DNA of 64,000 nucleotides from Octopus vulgaris (GCA_951406725.2 OX597818.1:31930001-31994000), one strand, 5' to 3'. Numbered from the stretch's first letter, positions 15,584-29,248 are shown. Notes: a model not told the origin generated them from the letters alone. Program-made: numbers and translations.

Positions 15584-16359
15584 TAAGATAAGAGTATATA
15601 TATATATATTTATGTATATATATATATGTGTGTGTGTTATATATATATATGTTTATATATACAGTATACGTACATTCATACATATAATTTTCAAATGTGA
15701 AGACTGTTTTGTTATTCTGCATTAAGTGACTAAGTTTATAAGTGTCAGTCGTAACGTTTAGGGTATTTTCCTTATCCAAAGCCTCTTCACAAAGTGCTTT
15801 ACTGAAAAACTTTTACGATTCAGTCCGTAAGTAAAGAGAAGAATAGGGAAAAACGTATTGCTGCTGACAAACAATACAGAATGCTACAGGATAATAGAGA
15901 CGAGGCTTACTGCAAATTCACGTTGCATATTTAAGTGCTGGCTAAGCAAATTTAGCTCAATTGAAACGACTTCTGAACACGAATCTAATACGAGTGTTTT
16001 GAATTAAAGTAATTTATCTTCATTTATGACCAACAAAAATTCCAAGAATCTCATGAATTGATCAAAAATAGACTGAAATAAGGTTAGCAATATCAGTTAC
16101 TGTCATTGTTTAGTGACGGTTATCGATCATTTGAAAGAATTTGTAAAAGACAATCGCCAAAGTGGTATTAGATTACATTGAAATAAGTGCTCTTTTATAA
16201 TTAAAAATATAGCGAGTTTAGCTCTAAGATGCTGATTGAAAAGAATGTGTGCCAGGAAAGAGGTTCTTGCTCCATATTCATGAATCGATGGCTATTTTAA
16301 TTAAGAGGCGCATATCTATCGTGGTGTTGGTTTTTATGTAAAAGTGAAGACAACGTAGG

Positions 16360-16703
16360 TCGAGCAAATCGACCCCAGGACTTATTCTTTGGAAGCCTAG
16401 TAGTTATTCTATCGGTTTCTTTTGCCGAACCGCTAAGTTACGGGGGCATAAACACACCAGCATCGGTTGTTAAGCGATGTTGGGGGTGGGGGAACAAACA
16501 GACACACAAACATATACATACATACATACATACATATATACGACGGGCTTCTTTCAGTTTCCGTCTACCAAATCCACTCACAAGACTTTGGTCGGCCCAA
16601 GGCTACAGAAGAAGACACTTGCCCAAGGTGCCACGGAGTGGGAATGAACCCAGAACCATGTGGTTGGTAAGCAAGCTACTTACCACACAGCCACTCCTGC
16701 GCC
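16360..16703 (-). mobile_element. SINE family A (tail missing)
   Basis: Same family as 14107-14458. Confidence 0.9.
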
Positions 16704-16883
16704 TACAGTAACTTTCTTATAGGTTTACGTTAAAAGCAGACGAGACGATATGAATTTAGAAAACTATATGAGCTTTGCAATGCGTAGTACTCCTTCTATG
16801 GTAGAAAGTAAATATTTAAGTTAAAGTTAAAGCATTCTTCACCAACGCTATGGACTCATAAGAAACAGTTGCCTAGTTTCCGT

Positions 16884-16924
<41 letters not shown>

Positions 16925-16929
<5 letters not shown>

Positions 16930-17155
16930 GAAAAAATAGAAATAGCAGTCAAGAATGCTTATTTCAAAAATATATGGAATATATATTCAATATGTTTATA
17001 ATCCAGAAACATGATGTTCACAGATAACCGCCAGACTTCGTATTCGTTATCTATTCCTTCTGTTTTGCATATGTGAATTACAGGGTCTGTCATGCCCGGA
17101 GTCCAACTTTGATAGAAATAAGCATTCTTGACTGCTATTTCTATTTTTTCGGTAT
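16925..17155. repeat. Perfect 41-bp inverted repeat inside a (TA)n island
   Basis: 16925-16965 is the exact reverse complement of 17115-17155. Confidence 0.9.
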
Positions 17156-17320
17156 GCGGTCAGGCAACCTGTTTCGCCTGTCCCTTTTTCTTATATACAA
17201 TATATATACTGAACTTTACAGAAGTTCCTGCCGGTAATCGACTATATTTACATACCGAATTCTACCAGTAAATAATTGGGGTTTTTTTAAAAGCCTTTAT
17301 AGAAATTATTTACTCTTATC

Positions 17321-17392
<72 letters not shown>

Positions 17393-17441
17393 TTTGATTT
17401 TGATTTTTCCAGTTTCAGCTCATGAGCTGTGGCCATGCTGG

Positions 17442-17497
<56 letters not shown>

Positions 17498-17530
17498 TAC
17501 ATAATTTAAAACTCGCTAAGAAGGTTTTGA

Positions 17531-17582
17531 AACCACCTGAAGAATGTCTAAGATGTGCTGACACGAAACGATCGTAGTGGTT
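17531..17582 (+). ncRNA. Minimal type I hammerhead ribozyme
   Basis: Stem I AACCAC/GTGGTT; core CTGAAGA (17537-17543); stem II ATGTC/GACAC with an A-C mismatch at its base; GAAA (17565-17568); palindromic stem III ACGATCGT; cleavage triplet GTA (17574-17576). Confidence 0.8.
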
Positions 17583-17772
17583 ATTCATATGTTAAATTTT
17601 AATTTATATAAATTATTTCATGTATTGGCTTTCTTTCGTTGTTTGATTTGCATAATAGTGGTTTTGTCTCTAATCTGATATAATATAATATTTTACTATA
17701 AAATTGGATTCAATCTTAAATCTGATTTTTCGTTGTAAATTTGGATTTATTCCCTAATATTTATTATTATGT

Positions 17773-17825
<53 letters not shown>

Positions 17826-17830
<5 letters not shown>

Positions 17831-18005
17831 GAACGAGATGCCGGTCCATCATACGATTACTCACTTTTACCAGATGAGTTGGCTGAAGCAATGTGAAGTG
17901 AAGTATTTTGCTCAAGAACCCAACGCGTCGCCCTGTCTAAGAATTGAAACTAGAATTGAAACTACAATGAGTCCAACTCCCTAACCACAAGACCACACGC
18001 CTCCA
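17826..18005 (-). mobile_element. SINE family C partial copy (duplicated with its flank at 19990-20235)
   Basis: Similarity to 52173-52411. Confidence 0.7.
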
Positions 18006-18194
18006 CAATAATTTAATTTGGACAAGAATAGTAGAGGTATGATTAAAACGTCTGCAAATCATGTGTTTATATCATATTTTATTTCATTTTAGTATTTGGT
18101 TTGCTAGATTCTTGGATATGGACTCATGTGCTGAAGCAAGAGAAATAGCAATACACGAGATGCCGCTTCTTTTACTACAGTTATTCAATTACTA

Positions 18195-18735
18195 AGGTGG
18201 CAAGATTGTTAGCATCCTGGACAAAATGCTTAGCGGTATTTCGCTACGTTGTGAGTTCAAATTCCGCCGAGGTTGACTTTGCCTTTCATCCTTTCGGGGT
18301 CGATTAAATAAGTACCAGTTACGCACTGGGGTCGATATAATCGACTTAATCCGTTTGTTTGTCCTCTCTGTGTTTAGCCCTTGTGGGTAGTAAAGAAATA
18401 GGTATTTCGCTACATTGTGAGTTCAAATTCCACCGAGGTTGACTTTGCCTTTCATCCTTTCGGGGTCGATTAGATAAGTACCAGTTACGCACTGCGGTCG
18501 ATATAATCGACTTAATCCGTTTATCTGTCCTTGCTCGTCCCCTTTGTGTTTAGCCCCTTGTGGCTAGTAAAGAAATAGAAATAGGTATTTCGCTGCGTTC
18601 TGAGTTCAAATTCCGCCGAGGTTGACTTTGCCTTCCATTCTTTCGGAGTCGATGAATTTAGTACAAGTGAAAAACTGCAATCGACATGTCCCCTCTCCAC
18701 AAATTTCAGACCTTGTGCATTAGTAGAAAGGATTA
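18195..18735 (+). mobile_element. SINE family B tandem trimer
   Basis: Three consecutive GAGTTCAAATTCC...TTCGGGGTCGAT...AAGTAC units. Confidence 0.85.
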
Positions 18736-19134
18736 TTTGTCAATTAATTAAACATTTTATCAATTAACTAACGGATTGTTTGATGAAACGTTCTGTCAGT
18801 CAATGAATCAACCAAGGTTGTCAAAGTCCTTTCATCACCATTTGTTACCGCTTCAGTGTCATACTCTACTTTTACTCAAAACTGCTTCAGGCTTATCTAC
18901 CTGCTATATTTTACCTGTATGTATTTTGCATTCTTTTGAAAGACTTCCACCAGCCTTAGCATTTTCATAACTGAAATTCCAGTCAAGTTTTCTTATCGAC
19001 TTGCATATAACAAACCTATCCTCAAATCTAAATACTTACAAAATAATTTCATCATTTCAGGAAATTTCTGAAACTGTATTGATGCTAAATGAAAAGCTAT
19101 TTTCTTTTATTCAATGTGTTAAAATGTTGCTATA

Positions 19135-19524
19135 GGCGCAGGAGTGGCTGTGTGGTAAGTAGTTTGTTTACCAACCACATGGTTCCGGATTCAGTCCCAC
19201 TGCGTGGCACCTTGGGCAAGTGTCTTCTACTATAGCCTCGGGCCAACCAAAGCCTTGTGAGTGGATTTGGTAGACGGAAATTGAAAGAAGCTCGTCGTAT
19301 ATATGTATATATATATATGTGTGTGTGTGTTTGTGTTTGTGCCCCTAGCATTGCTTGACAACCGATGCTGGTGTGTTACTTAGCGGTTCGGCAAAAGAGA
19401 CCGATAGAATAAGTACTGGGCTTACAAAAGAATAAGTCCCGGGGTCGAGTTGCTCGATTAAAGGCGGTGCTCTAGCATGGCCGCAGTCAAATAACTGAAA
19501 CAAGTAAAAGAGTAAAGAGAGAGT
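19135..19524 (+). mobile_element. SINE family A, full length
   Basis: Head GGCGCAGGAGTGGCTGTGTGGTAAG, internal (TA)(TG) tract, tail AAGTAAAAGAGTAAAGAG. Confidence 0.92.
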
Positions 19525-19549
19525 ATCAAATTAAAACAAAATACTCCTT

Positions 19550-19789
19550 CTCGAGCCATGCCAGGCTCATAAGGGGCGGTTTCCCGGTTTCAGTGGCATA
19601 GAAATTCCCCATCTGTATGGGACGCCGATCTGTCGCAGGTTTACTTATTTTTGCCAGCTGAGTGGACTAAAGCAACATGAAATGAAGTGTTTTGCTCAAG
19701 AACACAACGCATCGCCCGGTCCAGGAATCGAAGCCACAGCCTTACGATCATGATGTTCAACACCCTAACCACTAAGCTACGCGCCTCCA
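19550..19789 (-). mobile_element. SINE family C, full length
   Basis: Minus-strand head GTGGAGGCGCGTAGCTTAGTGGTTAGGGTG...GGCTTCGATTCC; body shared with 52173-52411. Confidence 0.85.
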
Positions 19790-20242
19790 CATTCTATTAA
19801 ATTAGCAAGAACTAAAAGTTATTTCGAACCAAAAGAACATTATTTCTGAATAGGAAATGATAATATAGTTAAGAAGCTTGTTTCGCAACCATTTGGCTAT
19901 TGATTCAGCCCCAGTGTGCAGTACCTTAGACAACTGTCTTATTCTACAGCTCCCTATAAACCAATACCATGTGAGTGAATTTGGTTGATATATATCACTG
20001 AACGAGATGCCGGTTCATCACAGGATTACTCACTTTTACCAGATGAGTTGGTTGAAGCAATGTGAAGTGAAGTATTTTGCTCAAGAACCCAAAGCGTCGC
20101 CCTGTCTAAGAATTGAAACTACAATTGAAACTACAATGAGTCCAACTCCCTAACCACAAGACCACACGCCTCCACAATAATTTAATTTGGACAAGAATAG
20201 TAGAGGTATGATTAAAACGTCTGCAAATCATGTGTACAAGAC

Positions 20243-20477
20243 GGCGAGCTGGCAGAAACGTTAGCACGCCGGGCGAAATTCTTAGCAGTATTTCGTCTGC
20301 CTTTACGTTCTGAGTTCAAATTCCGCCGAGGTCGACTTTGCCTTTCATCCTTTTGGGGTCGATAAATTAAGTACCAGTTACACGCTGTGGGTCGATGTAA
20401 TCGACTTAATCCGTTTGTCTGTCCTTGTTTGTCCCCTCTATGTTTAGCCCCTTGTGGGCAATAACGAAATAAGAAAC
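20243..20477 (+). mobile_element. SINE family B monomer with 12-bp TSD
   Basis: TGTGTACAAGAC at 20231-20242 and 20478-20489. Confidence 0.9.
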
Positions 20478-20491
20478 TGTGTACAAGACTG

Positions 20492-20529
<38 letters not shown>

Positions 20530-21899
20530 GTGTGTGTGTGTGTGTACATTTCTTTGTTTCCACACCGTTTGACTACTGATCTTCGGTTTTTACGTCCGCG
20601 TAAATTAGCAATTCGGCAGTTAGATAGAATAACGAACAGACTTAAAAAGAATAAGTTCAATTTTAATTTAATTTTTTTGGCTTAAAAAGCAAAAGCAAGG
20701 CCATGTAGGGGGACATGGAGTTATGTACAGAGAGGGTGTTCATACACAGAGTTCAGGCCATTTCTGGTCAAGTAGGGGTAGTTTTTCCCTGAACCATTCA
20801 AGTTGGTGCCCTAGCATGACCTGAGTCTAATAACTGAAACAAGTGAAAAAAAGAAAAAAAGGAAAAACAAAGGAACATAGTACATGACCAGAATATTGGA
20901 GAAAATCGTCAAAGATGAAAAGGAGCTCTTTGTATTTTCTGTTTATTATATACATTGTAAAAGATCTCGTTAATGTAAATGAAATGTTTCATCTTCTATT
21001 AATAAGATGTCTGAACTGTTTAAAGTGTTAGACATACTTAGAAAAATTTTCCATTAGACGATTTCTAAATATTAATGGCTTTAAAAAAAGACATTCAAAA
21101 GATATATTCTGCAAAACTTTTTAATAATTTGTATATCGAAAGATTTATTTGAAATACAATTTTCGATGTATTTATTCAAGTAATAAAACAGTATTCTAAA
21201 GTGGACTTAAAATAGACAACATCTAGTATCCAGTCAATAATATAGACGCAAAATATAACAGAGAGAAGGAAATTTATTGTTAAAATAATATTAATTCAAA
21301 TTTTCATATTTCAAAATTTTCTCTTGTATTATGCGCGTATATTTTGTTAGGTACATTATTTTAACTGAACATTATTGTATGGGGAACACGGCGGCGATTA
21401 TATATATTATTTTATTCTTTTATTTGTTTCAGTCATTTGACTGCGGCCATGCTAGAGCACCGCCTTTTTTTTCAAAGAAATCGATCTCAGGACTTATTCT
21501 TTGTAAACCTAGTATTTATTCTATAGGTCTCTTTTGCCGAAACGCTAAGCTTCGAGGACGTAATACTGAAAAATGTGGCAAGGAATAGATGTGTTAAGTT
21601 CTTAGTTTTAAAAGACCACGTAACTGTTCGATCTACTGGCGAGGTAATTGTTCTAACTAATCTAAACATATACTATGTCTGGGCACACAGGTAAGTATCA
21701 TTTCGATATATCATTTCGTGTGTGTGTATGCATAGATTTATACATACATAGATTTTTCGTTCATCCTCTAGTGTGTTTGATTCCCTGTATCGTATTCTCG
21801 TTTTATTTTCTCGTTTTGTATTTATTTGTATTTTTTTTACATGTATTTTTATTTTTGCAGTATTATTGTTACGTCCAGTTCGTGTTCGTACTCATTTTG

Positions 21900-22200
21900 C
21901 CCCGCTGCTTGGAATTTTATTTTAATTCTCTCGCAGGAAGGCCTAGTGGATTAGTGTTCTGTCTTTGCCTTCGAAACATGCTTGAGTCTACTAGCGACAG
22001 CTGATGACGGGGGTTTTTTCCTTGTGTAGCACGTCCTGTAACTGTTTTTTTCGTTTTCTTGTTTTTTTGTTTTTTTGTTTTTCCCGTTTCTACGTCTTAT
22101 TGTGGTGTCCTGTACTCACGTATAATTATTTATATGTGCATGTATATATACATGTAGATGTAGGTACGTACATATATGTTTGTATGTATGCATATATTTT
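21900..22200 (+). mobile_element. Short (TA)n-associated element, homologous to 50373-50650
   Basis: Shared order TTAATT..GCAGGAAGG...CTTCGAAAC...GACARCTGATGA...T-rich...TGTCCTGTAC...ATGTAGGTA. Confidence 0.65.
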
Positions 22201-22207
22201 TATTTAT

Positions 22208-22273
<66 letters not shown>

Positions 22274-22571
22274 TTTAAAATAATGAGGGGATATAAATCT
22301 GGGCAAAATGCTTCATAAACTCTCTGTTGGAACACCAGGATAACGATATTATTTAGATTAGAGAACTCCAAGTAATCTTTTGGCAGGGTCATAAGTTATG
22401 GTTCATCACAATTCTACATTGTAAATCTGTGGATGAGCTTCAGATAAACTGGTTTTCACAGAGTGATATATATAAGAGACAAATTAAAAGTAATGTTCAG
22501 TTCATATTGTTTTATTAGAGGAAACTTGGCTTACAACTGTTTCCTGTAGTCATTATAAGTACTTTATATAC

Positions 22572-22645
<74 letters not shown>

Positions 22646-22730
22646 CTATATATGATGGACTCTCCTGTCGAAAACGACGTATGAGCATTCAGCTTTTGCC
22701 GAACGACCTGCACAAATGATTTGCTTAGAG

Positions 22731-23022
22731 CAGTGCTCCTTAACTCGGGTCCATATGGCCACTGAGGGGCCATTGATTTGGGGGCACACAACAAAATAGT
22801 AATTGGGGATCCACAGTAGTATTTTAAGAACCCCTGAAAAGATTTTGCTTTAGATGTATGCAAAGATAGGTATGTTTCTCTAAAATTTTACATAGTTCAA
22901 CCCACACAAATAGAAATTTTGAAACTATTTTTAAACATCGAATAGCTATGAGAGTCCTCCAGAATAAAATAATAATCAGAGGGGTCCATATATGAAAAAA
23001 AAAAAATGGTTGAGAACCCCTT
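22731..23022. mobile_element. hAT (Charlie-type) MITE
   Basis: Ends CAGTGCTCCTTAAC / GGTTGAGAACCCC; 8-bp flanks GCTTAGAG and GTTTAGAG resemble the Charlie target preference. Confidence 0.65.
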
Positions 23023-24182
23023 GTTTAGAGTGATGAAATGCTTGTACCGTACTCACTCACACCATCAAAGTAACGTTGCACGAACAGTTGCACGGCGTAC
23101 CGCGCTTCGGTTGGTAAAGTGATTGCAGAGCAATGCGTGATGAAGTGTTTTGCCTAAGACAGTGCATCATCTGGGTTAGGAGTTGAAACCACTATCTCGT
23201 AATCGCAAGTGCAAGGCCCTAACCACTGGGCAATGTATATACTTGTGTGCGTGCATATACATATATGTATTCATACCTGGTTAGATGTGAATATTTTCTC
23301 CGTCATTTCGCTTTCAATAGATGCATACATGTATGCAAATTGACATACAGACATACAAACGTTCACACACGCGCATACATAATCGTATGCATACAAGTTT
23401 ATACATAGCATTGTCAAAACAACATACGCCATGTTATTCATCTCCACGCATGCACCCACATACATTCACACACAAACACACAAATACACACAAACACACA
23501 AATACACAAGCACACACATACGTACACGCAATAAGAGTAACAACACCAAAAACAGCACCAACAACAACAACAACAACAATAACAACAATAACAGAAACAA
23601 TAAATACATAAATATACTGGCGGCAACAGAGAAGGAAAAAGGGGGAAATAATCTTGGTTAAACAAAAGATTCTTCTGGAAACCACCCTTTTCTTTTTTGT
23701 TATTTTCCTCTCGCGTTGATATGCTCGACTAATACCATTCTTAAGTTCCATGTCAAACTAACATTATAAACTAGAATGAGAGGTAAACCAGATTACAGGG
23801 AGGATGTTTAGTGTCATGCATATTGTTCTAACACTGGCGGTCATCTGAACAAACCAAACAAATTGCAATGGAATTGGCACTTTTGGCACTGATTTACTGA
23901 ACGTCTGTGAATACATACATAATATACATTTGCTACAAGTATATGCAGATGTATATATATATATACATGTTTGTGTGTGTGTGTGTGTTTGTGTGCGTGC
24001 GACTGTGTGAGAGTGTGTGTGTGTGCGTGTGTTTGTGAGTATGTGAGTTTGTGTGTGTTTGTACGTGTAAGACCTGTGGTGTGTGTATTAATATATATAC
24101 ACACGCACATATATATATATGTATGCATATACATATATGCATATACACGCTTGCAAGTATGTATGTATGTATGCATACATAT

Positions 24183-24215
<33 letters not shown>

Positions 24216-24891
24216 TAAATACATATATATATATATACATATATATACATATATATATATATACATATATACTTATACGTACGTATATATATATATATAT
24301 ATATATTAACATATAAATATATATATATAATTTATACGTACGTGTATATATATATATATATATATCTATATATATGCACACGTGCATTACATGTGTATAA
24401 TCATATATACATATAAAACGGGACATCTGTTACAAATAGATAGAACAGAAATACGCCGTATTGTCATGACCTTAGATTCCATCCATCTATCTAGCAGCCA
24501 ATTTTTAGCAGTCTATAGAGGAATCTCACTCCCCTCTATTCTTTATATTCTGACGTAATCGAAAGATATCCGGATTAAGTCGTCTCGTCTGTGCATCACG
24601 CTTCACTTGCCGTCATCTTTACAGCTGCTGTCTCAATGGCGACAAAACATCTTCTAACTTGCTTTCTTTCTTGAGTTCATTTTCGTTGATCATTTTCTTC
24701 TTGTATTTATTTTTACCTTATTTTTCATTAGTCTATTTTATTTCATTTTTGTTTTATTTTTATGAGTATTATTATCTTGGTTTTACGCTTCAGTAACGAT
24801 ACGTGTGCATAGGGACTAAATAAGAGAAAAGAGAAACTTTAAAATTGAATATATATATATATATGTGTGTGTGCGTCTGTGTGTGCGCGCG

Positions 24892-24980
<89 letters not shown>

Positions 24981-24987
24981 GTATATT

Positions 24988-25036
<49 letters not shown>

Positions 25037-25057
25037 GTATGTATATATATGTGTGTG

Positions 25058-25088
<31 letters not shown>

Positions 25089-25662
25089 GTATATATATAT
25101 AAGTATATATATATACGTATAGATATAGATATATATGTATATATATGTATATATATATGTATATATATATATGTATGTATATATACATACATAGCCACTA
25201 TTCAATCGAAACAAATGTAAATGGCTTGTTTGTGTTTGTCTTTTAGGGAGAGAATTGTTAGGTGGGTAAAAGCTGGGATGTTGGTGTGATTATAAGCTTC
25301 AGCTAGAGACGGACATGAGGACGAGGATTTCTCAGAAACGCTACATTACGTCACTGCATTATTTGTCGTGGCAATACCACAGTAGTAGTAGTAACAGCAG
25401 CCGCAAAAAAAAAACAGTAGGAGAGATGATCATGATGTTTACAATGACATGAAAATGGAAAATAACAATAACAGTTTAAGTGACAGGAAAACAATTGCTT
25501 TCCACCGGCCCTCTGAAGATCTCTTAAGATACGGCAAAGATTAGAGACATAACGTAAGTTTTATTCCAAATAGAATTACGAAATCACCGCTAATTACCGA
25601 AATAAAGCGAGCATATCAGATCTTGCAAATATGTGCTTGTGTGAGTAGCGTGCGTATATATA

Positions 25663-25695
<33 letters not shown>

Positions 25696-25996
25696 CTTCT
25701 ATATACATACGTATGTATGTTTATTAATGTTCTTATTTTAAGTTATATATAAAAATCAATTAAACATGAAATTGAAGAATTATTCAGAACATGTTTATTA
25801 TGCTTTGCCATGATGAGAGGTCATACTGACTTCGAAAGTTCGGCTTTCTGATAAAGACAGATAAGGAAGCAAGATTCTTATCACAGAGTTCCTCGCAGAT
25901 ATTCATGAAAAATACAGATATATATATGGAATGAACGGTAACAGAAACTTAAAGACAGAAACAGGAAACAGAGAAAGAGAAAGTGGTTTTATAGCA

Positions 25997-26856
25997 CTGT
26001 GGTCCTCAACCACAGAGCTGCAGACCGGTACTAGTCAGTAAATCATCTGCTATCGGGCCGCAAAGAAATAATCAACTTGTTTAAAATTAAATACTCTTTT
26101 ACTCTTTTACTTGTTTCAGTCATTTGACTGCGGCCATGCTGGAGCACCACCTGTAGTCGAGCAAGTCGACCCCAGGACTTATTCTTTGTAAGTCTAGTAC
26201 TTATTCTATCGGTCTCTTTTGCCGAACAGCTACGTTACGGCGACGTAAACATACCAGCATCGGTTGTCAAGCGATGTTGGGGGGGGGACAAACACAGACA
26301 AATAAACACACATTCACATAAATACATTTACATATACGGCGGGCTTCTTTCAGTTTCCGTCTACCAAATCCACTCACAGGGCTTTGGTCGGCCCGATGCT
26401 ATATTAGAAGACACTTGCACAAGGTGCTACGCAGTGGGACTGAATCCGGAACCATGTGGTTGGTAAGCAAGCGACTTACCACACAGCCATTCCTCTACCC
26501 AATACTATCAATCAAAACTGGAGTGACGATAACCAAAACAAAATTACGAAGTAGACTAGACGTAAGGAGCCCACTTCGAGTGCCATCGTCTCCTGTTACT
26601 CCCTGATGGGACCGTCTAGTTGTAGGGAAACACGCTCAAGGACCCCACTGATTCGCAAGTGTGTGGCCAGGCTGGAGCACATATATGAGAGTCAAAAGAT
26701 ATACGATTTTTCTTCCCTTTAATAAATTGCTCTTTTTATTATTGTTCTCTTTATCGAAATGCACTTAAATTGCACATATGTGCCTCTACCAGTCCGCGGA
26801 AATATTATCCGCCATGAAGCCGGTCCGTGGAATAAAAAACCGGTTGGAGACCACTG
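25997..26856 (+). mobile_element. Non-autonomous hAT element (Charlie3/MER1-like) with transposase C-terminal remnant, interrupted by a SINE A
   Basis: Perfect 8-bp TSD TTATAGCA (25989-25996, 26857-26864); TIRs CTGTGGTCCTCAACC / GGTTGGAGACCACTG; remnant TKTKLRSRLDVRSPLRVPSSPVTP*WDRLVVGKHAQGPH*. Confidence 0.85.
26092..26497 (-). mobile_element. SINE family A nested in the hAT element
   Basis: Family similarity. Confidence 0.9.
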
Positions 26857-27167
26857 TTATAGCAGGACGAAGTCGGAAAATTAAATGTTTTCTTTACCGT
26901 TAAGAAACTAACTATTGTCCGTAATGGTGAGTTTTTTCTTTTAAAGGACTGGGCTGTTTTGTTCTTCTTTTTTTTCTTTTGTCCAAAATGGATTTATATG
27001 GTCACTCATTATAATTTGCAAAAGTGAGCAAAGCCGTCAGTTCTGCTAAATTTATGATGGTACGTGAAATGTTGGCTACAAAAATAGATGAAACTGAATT
27101 TAACTAATTGAAGCGTTCGTTCTACAATCTGTTTCGATGTAATAAGAGATTCTGGACCATTAAAAGT

Positions 27168-27374
<207 letters not shown>

Positions 27375-27382
27375 TACTTTTG

Positions 27383-27468
27383 ACACATTCTACCAGTATA
27401 CGAAGTTTCAAATTGTTTGGTTCAGTAGGAAAAGTTTGAAAAAACTGGCCTCAAAATAGAAAAGATCC
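27383..27468 (+). mobile_element. End fragment of the Merlin-like MITE family seen at 46085-46520
   Basis: ACACATTCTACCAGTATACGAAGTTT...AAAAACTG...GAAAAGATCC matches 46435-46520. Confidence 0.7.
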
Positions 27469-27620
27469 TTTTAATTTTATGTATTAGACATTCACTAGTA
27501 CAACACCAAAAAAAAAAAGCCCCAAATATATGGCACAGAACTTCCAACATGTTGTCTCTTGAGGTCTCTGGGTGAGACTTGGAGCCAACTTGTACAGACA
27601 TAAAGCAAAAGTCAAACATA

Positions 27621-27720
<100 letters not shown>

Positions 27721-28009
27721 TTTTTAGAAGACAGGAAAAAGAAAATTCTAACTTAGCTTGTCACGACTTTGTTCCAATCCTATTGTGGTTTGTGAGGATA
27801 GTGGGTTTGCTTGTAAGTCTAAAGCTGATTTAATGGCGTGATGTCCTATCGCAGAGACAAGCAAGCATTGGATAATTAACAGAGAAGTTGGACCCAAATA
27901 TGTTGAAATCGACGAGAGAGTCCATTGTATGTATATACATATATGTATATGCGAGCGTGGACGCACACACATATGCAGACAAAGATAGATAGGTAGATAG
28001 AGAGATATG

Positions 28010-28074
<65 letters not shown>

Positions 28075-28280
28075 GGATGGATGGATGGATGGATGGATGG
28101 ATAGATAGATAGATAGAGAGATGGATAAATAGATATATGGATAAATAGATATATAGTTAGGTAGGTAGATAGATGGATAGATAGACAGACAGACAGATAG
28201 ATGGATAGATAGATGGATAGACAGACAGACAGACAGATAGATGGATAAATAGTTAGGTAGGTAGGTATATATATATTTTT

Positions 28281-28354
<74 letters not shown>

Positions 28355-29248
28355 CAGAAAGAAGAGATATTTTGTATGTGAGAGAATAAGAAAAGGAAGA
28401 TTAGAAAATAATGGATGAGAGAAAAAAGGAAGGAAGAAAGAATGAATGAAAGAAAAAAACTAAGAAAGAAGGAAAGAAAAAAAATAAGGAAGGAAGGCAA
28501 TGGGGGATATATTTGGGAATAAATTTGAAATATCACCCCAGTTGTGAGGCAGAATGTGAAATAAAGTTACGCGTTATTTTTATGTATTTGATAGTTTGTG
28601 CTGTTTTATATATTTCTTTGATGAATTGTGTTCATCATTTATTTTGTTTTCGCTTTTCTACCTTTGAAGTGTCATCATCGTTTGAGAAGAAACTGGTTTC
28701 GCTTTCAAATTGTCATTGCTGACGACAGATTTGACAGTGTGAGGAAGGATGTTGGTTGTTAGGCGAAGGTAAAGTGTAGGGGAGATGGAAAGAAACGGCT
28801 TCTCTATCATACTTTACATGCGATATTAGTCGAAGAAAGGACAGGATTTTGCTTACTTCTATGGTGAACTGAAAGAAAATCTGCGGGAACGCTTTTCAAT
28901 AAGTCTTGTTACTGATAGTCTTGTTTGGCAGTCAGCCTTCTCTGTAGCGACAGATATGTCGGTATGACAGACAGGGAGAGACCCTGATATACGGAGTGAA
29001 TGAGAAAGGGGTAAGCGAGAGAAAGAGAGAGAGAGATTGAGAAGGGGAGAGAGGGATGGAGAAAGTGGAAGAGAAAGAGAGGCAAAGGCGGTAGGTCAGA
29101 AAACAACTAGCCAGAATTAGAGACGGGGACAAGCTTGGGGTACTGGGCAGACATTTGTTCAGACATGGAGAGAAATAGATAAAGTTGGCGGTATTAAATT
29201 TGATTGAAAGCCGGTGCTGAAAAGACGTGCGTGTGTATGTATGTATGT

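Noticed and set aside
18780-19030. Possible minus-strand exon (FEDRFVICKSIRKLDWNFSYENAKAGGSLSKECKIHT) with AG/GT ends
   Set aside because: No recognisable homology and a weak acceptor; cannot be supported without transcripts
25513-25555. CTGAAGA plus a TCTCT/AGAGA stem
   Set aside because: Followed by CATAA rather than GAAA; no stems I or III
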